Source: an uncultured Acidobacteriota bacterium (GTDB taxonomy: Bacteria > Acidobacteriota > Vicinamibacteria > Vicinamibacterales > 2-12-FULL-66-21). Taken from it: a stretch of 32,000 bases of DNA. This document shows, in pieces, positions 17,538-25,605 of the stretch. Both the position numbers and the translations under genes were made by a program. Where the stretch lies: NCBI GenBank assembly GCA_963804795.1, contig CAWDRS010000007.1, forward strand, positions 325,930 through 357,929. Direction: 5' to 3'. How positions within the stretch are numbered: position 1 is the first letter of the stretch; the number at the start of each line of letters is the position of its first letter. Below the pieces are notes generated by a model. It was given only the letters and a program-made list of their open reading frames with translations, was not told where the DNA came from and searched no databases.

Positions 17538-19649
17538 GTGCCGGAGGGGTTGCGCGATAGCGAGCGGACGCTCGAGGAGGTGCTCGAGGAGCTGCTGCCG
17601 GCGTCGCATGCCGCGCTCGAAGCAGCTTCGCGCAGTCTCTTCTCGTCGCTGCCCGTTGCGTTCGATCCGGCCGAATCAGTCGGTCCTTACCTTGCCGCCG
17701 TGGATCGAGACGCATCCGGCCGGCCGTACCGCTTCCTCGACATGGGGGCGTTGATTGCGACGAGCGCGTTCGGCGAGAACGATCCTGCGGTGGTCCGGGC
17801 CATCCTCGAATCGCTGGCGTTCGTGACTTCGCGCTATGCACATTCCGAATACCAGACCACGCTGTCGCTTCGCCTCAAAGCAGAGCTCAACCGGATCGCG
17901 CCGGAGGGAACCCCGCGGCATTTCGTGGTCAACACCGGCGCCGAAGCGGTCGAGAACGCGATCAAGTCCGTGCTCCTGCATCGCGTGAAGACGTCGGGAG
18001 AGGGTGATGGCGGCTTCATCGTGTCGTTCGAGGGGGCCTTTCACGGCCGGACGCTCGGCAGCCTTGCGGTCACGCACCGGAAGAAGGCGCGACTCGGATT
18101 TCCGACCTTCGACTGGCCGCACATCGCGTTTCCATTCGAGGAAGCCAGCGCACCCAAGGCCACCGCCGGGCGCGAGGAACGCAGCCTGAAGCAGTTGTGG
18201 GATCTGCTGGTGTCCGGACGATTGCCGCGAGCGGAGCGACCCCTCGATACCTACAGGCGGGAAATGGACGCGCTCGACGAATTTCTCGCGCGGCCGGATC
18301 AGGACCTCACGGCTTTCGTGGAGACACAGCGCTCACATCTCACGCCGGATGTCGTCCGGCGATCGCGTCGCGTCGCGGCCGTGCTCGTCGAGCCGATCCA
18401 GGGGGAAGGGGGCGTTCGCCTGGTCAGCGCGCGCTTCATGCGCAAGCTGCGGCTGTTGACGAAGATCTACGACGTGCCGCTCATCTTCGACGAGGTGCAG
18501 ACCGGCTGGGGCATGACGGGCCGCCTGTGGGCACACGAGCACTTCGACCTGCCATGTCCGCCCGACGTCGTGACGTGGGCAAAGAAGGCCCAGAACGGGG
18601 TGTTGTTCGTGAGCGAAGAGCTGGCCACGTTCTTCCAGGAGGAGAAGAAGTTCAACACTACGTGGGAAGGGGACTCGGTCGGGATGGTCCGGTTGCTCGC
18701 CGTATTGGACAAGCTCGATCTCGGACAGGTGCAACGGACCGGAGATCGCGCAAGACAAGGGCTGCTCGCGCTTGCGCGCGACTACCGTGAGATTCTCAAG
18801 AACGTGCGCGGCGCGGGCGTCATGCTGGCGTTCGACGTCCTTCGTGCCGACTGGCGCGACGCGTTACGTGACCGCGCCTTCCGTCGCGGCCTCCTGTTGC
18901 TGCCGGCCGGGGAGCGTGTGCTTCGGTTCTACCCCCGCTACGACACCGAACCGTCGGCCATAGACGAGGCGCTGGCGATTCTCCGGCAGGCTCTCGAGGA
19001 TCTCGCCGGTGGCCGGGTGGCCGCGGATCCGACGCCGGCGCTCAGAGTTCGCGTCGGGACCTTGACCATCCCGCTCGATACCCTGGAAGGGCTCGATCTC
19101 ATCGCGGACACCTTCGAGGCCCACAAGCTGCAGGTTCTCGCCGTGGAGCAGGAGCGCTACGGTGCGGCAGCGAAATATCCGCCGGACGTCTTGCGCGCCG
19201 GGCGGCGCCCGCTGCTGCAGTTCCCCCTCGAGACGCTCGAGGCCACCGCGTCGAGCCCTCGAGCGATCGGGATCGCCTTGCGCGATCGTGTCTCGTCGCG
19301 CGTCGTGGGTTACGCACTCGGCAGTGCGCTCGAGAACCACGATGAGGAGGGCGTGGCCTCCGATCCACACTTCGGCGAGAACAATACGTTCTATCTGCAG
19401 GCGATGGCCACGTCGCCGACCGTGCAGAACGACGTCGAGCTCGAGAACTGTCTGCTCGACTCGCTACGAGCGGGCACGATTGCAGCAGGTTTCGAGTTCT
19501 TCTCGACGTTGATCGAGGAGCGGCTGCGCGAGACGGGCCCGTCGTGGCTTCGAGACGCGGCCGTCCTGCACCGCATCGAGAACTACTTGCAGAGCGGTAC
19601 CTCGTTCGTCTACCTGCACGTCGCGCTGACGTCGAACGAGCCAACGTAG
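17538..19649 (+). CDS. Class-III (fold-type I) PLP aminotransferase, lysine-epsilon/GABA-aminotransferase-like, fused to a C-terminal domain of about 220 aa that looks GNAT-like
   Basis: Motifs present: EPIQGEGG, LIFDEVQTGWGMTGRLWAHEHF....DVVTWAKK (class-III signature with the PLP lysine) and GAFHGRT. The GTG start at 17538 has no SD. An SD-preceded GTG at 17444 opens an overlapping frame; see findings. Confidence 0.85.
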   Translation: MPEGLRDSERTLEEVLEELLPASHAALEAASRSLFSSLPVAFDPAESVGPYLAAVDRDASGRPYRFLDMGALIATSAFGENDPAVVRAILESLAFVTSRYAHSEYQTTLSLRLKAELNRIAPEGTPRHFVVNTGAEAVENAIKSVLLHRVKTSGEGDGGFIVSFEGAFHGRTLGSLAVTHRKKARLGFPTFDWPHIAFPFEEASAPKATAGREERSLKQLWDLLVSGRLPRAERPLDTYRREMDALDEFLARPDQDLTAFVETQRSHLTPDVVRRSRRVAAVLVEPIQGEGGVRLVSARFMRKLRLLTKIYDVPLIFDEVQTGWGMTGRLWAHEHFDLPCPPDVVTWAKKAQNGVLFVSEELATFFQEEKKFNTTWEGDSVGMVRLLAVLDKLDLGQVQRTGDRARQGLLALARDYREILKNVRGAGVMLAFDVLRADWRDALRDRAFRRGLLLLPAGERVLRFYPRYDTEPSAIDEALAILRQALEDLAGGRVAADPTPALRVRVGTLTIPLDTLEGLDLIADTFEAHKLQVLAVEQERYGAAAKYPPDVLRAGRRPLLQFPLETLEATASSPRAIGIALRDRVSSRVVGYALGSALENHDEEGVASDPHFGENNTFYLQAMATSPTVQNDVELENCLLDSLRAGTIAAGFEFFSTLIEERLRETGPSWLRDAAVLHRIENYLQSGTSFVYLHVALTSNEPT

Positions 19650-19703
19650 CCCCGCCAGTGCGGGCTCTGAAGACCCGGGCTGCACCAACCGATGTGAACC
19701 GCT

Positions 19704-19773
19704 TGAAGCCTGAACCTTGAACCTTGAACCCTGAACCCTGAACCCTGAACCCTGAACCTTGAACCTTGAACCT
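19704..19773. repeat. Heptanucleotide tandem repeat (TGAACCY)x10 containing a G-quadruplex consensus on the minus strand
   Basis: The units read TGAAGCC, TGAACCT x2, TGAACCC x4, TGAACCT x3 and are exactly phased. Minus strand 19752-19729 reads GGGTTCAGGGTTCAGGGTTCAGGG. The repeat lies between convergent stop codons at 19649 and 19796. Confidence 0.9.
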
Positions 19774-19795
19774 CCTCATACCCACGTTGAGCCTC

Positions 19796-20611
19796 TCATT
19801 CATCGCCACGGAGCAACGGCTTTCTGGTGTATTGCGTGGGGACGGATACGATCGGCTCGTCGAGGCGTGCCTCGGCGCGTCGCCGGCCTAACAGGCGAAC
19901 ATAGCCCATGTAGCGGCCAGCGTCGGCCTCCACGGCATCGATTTCGATGGCATTGTCGGGGGCGACCGCACGCTGCCACTCCAGCCAGGACTTCCAGCCT
20001 TCTGGCATCGTATCGGCCAGCTCGATCGTGATGATACCGGTCCGATCCCACTGCCGCCTCCACCACGCGGCCGAGTGCAGGCAGCACATGCCCGGTTCCC
20101 ACCACGTTCGAAGATGATCGGGAATCGGGCCGTCGATGTCCTCCATCAATCCAGCCCCCGCGATCCCGAGTGCGCCGCCCGGTCGCATGAACCGGGCGAT
20201 GTAGTTCAAGTACAGGTCGTCGGTCCCGTAGTAGGGGAAAGAGTCGATACTCACCACGGCGTCGAAAAACTCGGTGGCGAACGGCAGCGCCCTGGCGTCG
20301 GCGTGAATCGGAAACACTCCATCCTCGACACCGGCGTCCCTGATGCGCCGGAGGTTCTCCGAGGCACTGAACCACAGGTCGGTGGCCCACACCTGCACGC
20401 CGAATTCGCGACGGAGGAAGATCGACGACGACGCGAGTCCGCAGCCGAGATCGAGGACCCGCATGCCGGGTCGAAGGTCCATCCTCTCGGCGAGCCACTC
20501 GACGAGCCAGAGGGCGTTGGCCCCGCCGCTGGCGCCGGCGAATACCCATTCGGGGTGGTACTTCGACGAACGCGGAAACCGCGCAGAATCCAACCGCAGG
20601 TGTGACGTCAT
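19796..20611 (-). CDS. Class I SAM-dependent methyltransferase
   Basis: 271-aa ORF. Motif I VLDLGCGLASSS, an acidic post-I residue (VWATDL) and motif II/III FDAVVSIDSF are present, with a C-terminal extension. Confidence 0.9.
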   Translation of the reverse strand: MTSHLRLDSARFPRSSKYHPEWVFAGASGGANALWLVEWLAERMDLRPGMRVLDLGCGLASSSIFLRREFGVQVWATDLWFSASENLRRIRDAGVEDGVFPIHADARALPFATEFFDAVVSIDSFPYYGTDDLYLNYIARFMRPGGALGIAGAGLMEDIDGPIPDHLRTWWEPGMCCLHSAAWWRRQWDRTGIITIELADTMPEGWKSWLEWQRAVAPDNAIEIDAVEADAGRYMGYVRLLGRRRAEARLDEPIVSVPTQYTRKPLLRGDE

Positions 20612-20865
20612 GCTGAACCTAGATTCACTTCAGTTGGCGTAGCCCGTGTCTTTAAAGGTGACCCGTTGTCGGGGCGGCCGATAAGGCCGCTCCCTCAGCC
20701 TGGAACGAAACATCGAACGCAGTGTAACGGAGTGGACACTGAGACTCTGCCGCCACGTCGAAATGCGGGGCGGCCCGCGAACCGGACTATCGACGCGAAG
20801 TTGCGGGGACGGGGGGCGAGTGCCACAATGGCAGGGCTCAATCGGTCCCGGCGCAGGAGGTTTCC

Positions 20866-21288
20866 ATGAACGAGGAGCTCGACTCGCGGGCAGAGTCCCC
20901 GCTCGTGCTGGTGGTGGACGATGCCACAGATCTCGGCGAGACCCTGGGCCCTTTCCTGGAGAGCGTCGGTTTTCGCGTGGCGTTTGCCAGAAATGGCTAC
21001 GACGGAATGCATAAGGTCGTCGAGATGTCGCCGGATATCATCCTCATGGATCTCAACATGCCGGGTATGGATGGTACCGAGACGACCCATCATTTGAAGC
21101 GCCAGGCGTCGACCCGGCAGATCCCTATTCTGGCCTACACCGGAGAGACCGTCCTCCTGGATCTCGAACGCATACAGCGCAGGGGATTCGAGGATGTCGT
21201 GTCGAAGACCTCCGGTCCGGACGAGCTCGTCAGGAAGATCCGCGCCGCGCTTGCCAAACGTTCGGCGCTCTCGGGCGATGCCGTGTAA
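20866..21288 (+). CDS. Single-domain response regulator (CheY-like receiver)
   Basis: AGGAGG lies 5 nt upstream of the ATG. Receiver residues are present: VVDD, phospho-acceptor context IILMDLNMPGMDG, AYTGE, VSK. There is no output domain. Confidence 0.9.
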   Translation: MNEELDSRAESPLVLVVDDATDLGETLGPFLESVGFRVAFARNGYDGMHKVVEMSPDIILMDLNMPGMDGTETTHHLKRQASTRQIPILAYTGETVLLDLERIQRRGFEDVVSKTSGPDELVRKIRAALAKRSALSGDAV

Positions 21289-21398
21289 GGCTTGACGTCA
21301 CGCCTGGCTGACTCTCGAGCCGCCCGCATCCGCTGTGGCTCAGCCGCCCTGCCATTGCCACAACGTCCCGCACCGCTTGCCAGCAGCGAAACCAACCC

Positions 21399-22415
21399 AT
21401 GCGCCACTTCTTGCGTTTCCTGACAACGGCGCTCGTGAGCGTTGGAGCGATTTCAGTCACCGCGCAGGCGACGCCCGGGTTCCTCAGCAAGCCGACCACT
21501 CAGGCGATCCGTCTGCTCACCTGGAACGTGTACCGGAACTCGATATTCCCAGTGGGCGATCAGAGTGTGGATGCTGCAGGCGCCAGTCGACCGGCACGGT
21601 TCGCGAGAGTTCTGAGAGCAGTGCAGCCCGACGTCGTCTGCCTGCAGGAGGTCACGGCCGGCGCGCAGAGAAGCGCGGCGCTCGTCGGTCAGATCCTGCC
21701 CCTGGCCAACGGCAGAACCTGGCAGGCGCACGGTGCGGTCGACACCGTCATTTTGTCGCGCTTCCGGTTCGGTGCGCGCGACGAAGGCGGCGTGGACGGC
21801 GGCGAACGGCGGCGCGGGCACGCGATTGCCGTCATCGATTCGCCCGCCGGCGCTTTGTACATGATCTGCGCGCACTTCCAGTCTTCCGATGGTCCGGAGG
21901 ACATCGCGATGCGCCAGCGGCAGGCGCAGGTGGTCGTCAACACCATCCGTGACGCGAGGGCCGGCCGCCGCGCCGTCCCGCTGCGGCCTCGCACCCCCTT
22001 CGTCATCCTCGGAGATCTGAACGCCATACCTGGAGGAGCCGTGTTCGTGGACGCGATGGTGTCCGGTCAGGCGTCGCCGGTGCCGGCGGCCGGGCGCGCC
22101 GACGGTCTCGATTGGGACCGTTCGTCGCTGACCGACGCACGGCCACACCACAACGCGTCGCGACCCGAGATCTACACGTGGCGGAACGACCTCGAGCCGT
22201 TCCCACCGGGCGCACTCGATCGCATTCTGTACAGCGACAGCGTCCTGACCAGTGTCAATCAGTTCGTTCTCGACACGACGATGATGTCGGAGAAAGAGCT
22301 CGCCGAATCAGGCCTGCGCGCCGAGGACGTCATGCGCGATCCGAAGGCCGGGATCCACGATCATTTCCCGCTCGTCATCGACCTGGTTATACGACCGCCG
22401 AAACCGCGAAAGTAG
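21399..22415 (+). CDS. Secreted endonuclease/exonuclease/phosphatase (EEP) family protein
   Basis: Signal peptide MRHFLRFLTTALVSVGAISVTAQA. EEP motifs are present: LLTWNV, VVCLQEV, ILGDLN and the C-terminal DHFPLV. Confidence 0.85.
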   Translation: MRHFLRFLTTALVSVGAISVTAQATPGFLSKPTTQAIRLLTWNVYRNSIFPVGDQSVDAAGASRPARFARVLRAVQPDVVCLQEVTAGAQRSAALVGQILPLANGRTWQAHGAVDTVILSRFRFGARDEGGVDGGERRRGHAIAVIDSPAGALYMICAHFQSSDGPEDIAMRQRQAQVVVNTIRDARAGRRAVPLRPRTPFVILGDLNAIPGGAVFVDAMVSGQASPVPAAGRADGLDWDRSSLTDARPHHNASRPEIYTWRNDLEPFPPGALDRILYSDSVLTSVNQFVLDTTMMSEKELAESGLRAEDVMRDPKAGIHDHFPLVIDLVIRPPKPRK

Positions 22416-22425
22416 GGCGTCGCTG

Positions 22426-24622
22426 TCACACGTTGTCGCCGGGCTCGAGACGATAGATCTTGGCCTCCCAGGCGAAGATGGATTCCCGATTGTGACGGCC
22501 GGTCTTCACATGACGACGTTGCGTCTCCTCGAACCAATGTCGTCCGGCGGGCGTGTTCGGCCAGTTCGGCACGAAATATTCGGCGCCCGGTGACAGCGCA
22601 TCAGGCGTCGTGAAATCGGAGAAGTTCGCAACGACGACGACCGGGTCGCTGTCCCTGCCGCGCTTCCACACGAGCACCCGCTTTCCGGCGTCGAAATCCA
22701 CGTGGATGAAGGTCGTGTCGTTCACCGACAGCGCCGGATGGGACGTGCGCAGATGCACCAACCGGCTGACGTACTCGAACAGGTCTCTGCGGTCGGGGTC
22801 GTCGAACCGGCTGAAGTTCACCGGATCGACCTGCTTGCCGCCTTGATGGGTGACGTTTCCACGGGCGTCGAACAGGTCGTGCTGGTCGCCGAATTCCTCG
22901 CCGGCGAGAATCATCGGAATGCCCACGGCGGTCAACTGGCAGGCGAACCCCAGCTTGATGCGCCGCAGTCGCGCCCGGTGGAGCATGATCTGGCTGGCGC
23001 GGTCGCGCACTTCTCTGTCACCGGGCTCCCGCCCGTCGCGCCGGATGCCGTCGCGAACCTCGGTCTCGATCGCGCGCCGGTCGAATAACGGTTCGCTGCT
23101 CGCGAGAGAAATGGCCGCCTGCATCAGGTTGTAGAGCCGCTCTTTCCGTCGCCCTTCGACGTCGTGGCTCGTCAGGTAATTGATCGCCCTTGCGCCATCG
23201 TCGAAGACCCCTTCGATCCTGCAGTCGATGGCGCGGCGGACCGTGTCTTCGAAGTTCAAGCCGTCGGCGTTCTCGCCGAGCAGGGCGGCCCGCACCAGGC
23301 CCTGGAAGCGTTCGTTCCAGAGTCCATCCAGCCGCTTGCCGGTCAGCAGCTCCGGGGGCATCTCGAGCTCTTCGCCGACGACGAGGAACTTGGCGTCCGC
23401 GGCAGCGCCCGCGGCGGGGTACCGCTCCCTGAACTGCTCGCGGGCGGCATCCTTGAAGTCGCGGATGAAGTCCCAGTTCGCGACGTTCTCCACGCTGTCC
23501 ATGCGGATGCCGTCGATCTGGAAATCCTGCATCCAACGCGTCAGAAACGTCAGCATGTGCTGTCGCGCGGGCGAGATGTTCGCAACGGTGCCGGAGATGG
23601 GATCGTAGGTCGTCTTCCTCCTCACATACCGAGGGCATGAAGCGCCGAACGGGTTGCGGAGCTCGCGGCCTCCACCCCTGCGGGAATTGAAGGCATCGGG
23701 GTCGTCGCGGTGCTTCTCCGGGTTCTCGAGATAGAAGTCGTCGAAGGCAATCCGCCTGTACGGCTCCTCCTTCATGAACCCGAGAACGACGTCGAGAAAG
23801 ATCCGGATGCCGGTGTCGTGACAAGAGTTGATGAACGCGGTCAGATCCTGGGAGGCCGTGGGGGAGAGATTGCCCTCGGGATAACCCAGCTCGTAGTCGG
23901 CCGCCAGGTAGTGGGACGTGCCGTAGCCCCACTCGCGCGCGAAGATGCTGTCGGCGGGGGGCAGCATCTCCACGGCGTTTACCCCAAGTCTGGACGAGAT
24001 ACGGGGGGTCGAGGCGCGTGACCGTCAACTCGGAGAAATTCGCCCCCTCGAAGCCCCGCTCGACCAGCGCGCGTGCGTCCCGGAACGTGCCGACCGCGCG
24101 CTCGAACTCATCGCCGCCGCTGGAGCGTCCCCATGCCGTCGGCAGCTCGTAGATCACCAGCCGGTTGTTGGGGGCCAGCGCATCGAAGTCCGCGACCTTG
24201 TGCTCGGGCGCTTCCCCGTTCGGGTCGCGAACCACAAGCCGCCCGCCGGAAAACCCGATCACCGATGCGGGATGGAGCAGCGACGGGTTGTCTGGCGCAT
24301 ACAACCGGTAGTCCACGACCGCCGCGAGCGGGTCGGTCGTCTGCACGCGACCCGTGCCGCCTGGTGACGTGTCCGCGACCGTGAACCAGTAGTGATACGT
24401 CTCACCGTCGGTCAGGCCCAGGCCGCCGGGATCCAGCTCGAACAACCCTTCTACTGTCCCGCCGCCGCCGGCTGCCGGCTGCAAGGCCTTGCGGGCAAGC
24501 TTCTTGAACGTGGGCGGATTGCCGTTCTGGAGCTGGCCGATGGTCAACTCCGGCGGGCTCGCGACGCTGGCGGGGCACCAGACGACGAATCGCGTTCGAC
24601 GACGAGTGAGGATGTCGATCAT
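22426..24622 (-). pseudogene. GH13 alpha-amylase-family glycosidase with an N-terminal E-set/CBM48-like domain, interrupted by a single-base frame break
   Basis: The N-terminal part (24622 to about 23990) ends ..ELTVTRLDPPYLVQ. The C-terminal part resumes LGVNAVEMLPPADS.. in another frame after one extra base near 23989. GH13 catalytic motifs are intact downstream: FQIDGIRMDSVENV, VVGEELE, YLTSHD. Confidence 0.8.
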
Positions 24623-24806
24623 TGTGGGTCCCGTCTGGTGGACGCGGCGGATGAGCTGTTCGGCCCACCGCTCGTGCGTTCCGAAACGCCCTCGAGCACG
24701 CGAGCGCGCCGCTCGTGACGGACATCGAGCGCCGAGAGGCCTGCACAGAGTTCTATAGCGGAATCCGCCCGCTTTGCAACGACGACTCAGTAAAGATCGC
24801 GGCGCA

Positions 24807-24835
24807 ATGGAACCAAGGCCCGTCTCTCGTATAAT
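24807..24835 (+). promoter_or_regulatory. Candidate sigma70-type promoter of the VOC gene
   Basis: A perfect TATAAT at 24830-24835 lies 33 nt upstream of the GTG at 24868. The -35 region is weak (ATGGAA/TGGAAC at 16-17 bp spacing). The SD GGAGGA at 24855-24860 lies in the predicted leader. Confidence 0.35.
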
Positions 24836-24867
24836 CACGCAAGTTGTCTGATTCGGAGGAGCGCGCC

Positions 24868-25443
24868 GTGAAGAAGCTGCAGGTCCAAGGCCTTCATCAC
24901 ATCACCATCGTCGGATCGACGAAGCAGAGCGCGGTGGATTTCTGGCAGGGTGCGTTGGGCATGCCGTTCGTCTTCGAGCAACCCAACCTCGGCAAGCCAG
25001 ATGAGAACCACCTGTATTTCGATCCCGGCGATGGCCGCCTGCTCACCGTGTTCACCAACGAATCACGCGAGGACGCCCGGCGCCATGCACCGCGCGAGAT
25101 CGGCTGCGTCGAGCACATCGCGTTCAATGTCTCGAGGGCGACGTTCATGCAGGCGCCCGCCCGCTTGCGCGAACGCGGCATCGAGTTCATCCAGCGCGAC
25201 CGCGGCTTCATGGACTCGATCTATCTGCACGATCCCAACGGCCTCAAAGTCGAACTCGCGTGCTACAAGTTCGAGACCCCCGAAGGCTTCCGCGCGGTCG
25301 ACGTGCTGATGAAGGCCCACGCCCTTCGCGTCGAGCGCGGCGATCACCACATCACCGACGAGCACCTCGCCGATGCGATCGAGTCGCTGCTGGCGACTCG
25401 ACCGCGTCTGACGGTTGACGAAAAGGTCTCCACGCCCGCCTGA
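24868..25443 (+). CDS. VOC-family (glyoxalase/bleomycin-resistance/dioxygenase fold) protein
   Basis: The motifs LHHITIVGS, VEHIAFNV and SIYLHDPNGLKVEL are typical VOC metal-ligand strands. I prefer the GTG at 24868, which is 7 nt after GGAGGA, over the TTG at 24844 given by the track. Confidence 0.85.
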   Translation: MKKLQVQGLHHITIVGSTKQSAVDFWQGALGMPFVFEQPNLGKPDENHLYFDPGDGRLLTVFTNESREDARRHAPREIGCVEHIAFNVSRATFMQAPARLRERGIEFIQRDRGFMDSIYLHDPNGLKVELACYKFETPEGFRAVDVLMKAHALRVERGDHHITDEHLADAIESLLATRPRLTVDEKVSTPA

Positions 25444-25605
25444 CGTCAGCCCGAAGCACAGGCGAGGCGCGCACGGGCTCACGCCTACGTGAGCGGAACC
25501 GCGAGCACGGTCTCGAACGTGATCGTACCTTCGGATCCGTCTTCAGCATCCCGAGCATCGCCTTGGGCGGCGTGATGGCGAAGTCGGTCCGTGCGTTTGG
25601 GTCGG

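Noticed and set aside
19651-19664. A small GC hairpin CCCGC-CAGT-GCGGG right after the aminotransferase stop, considered as an intrinsic terminator.
   Set aside because: The stem is only 5 bp and no U-tract follows, so it does not meet intrinsic-terminator criteria. It is mentioned only as context for the heptamer array.
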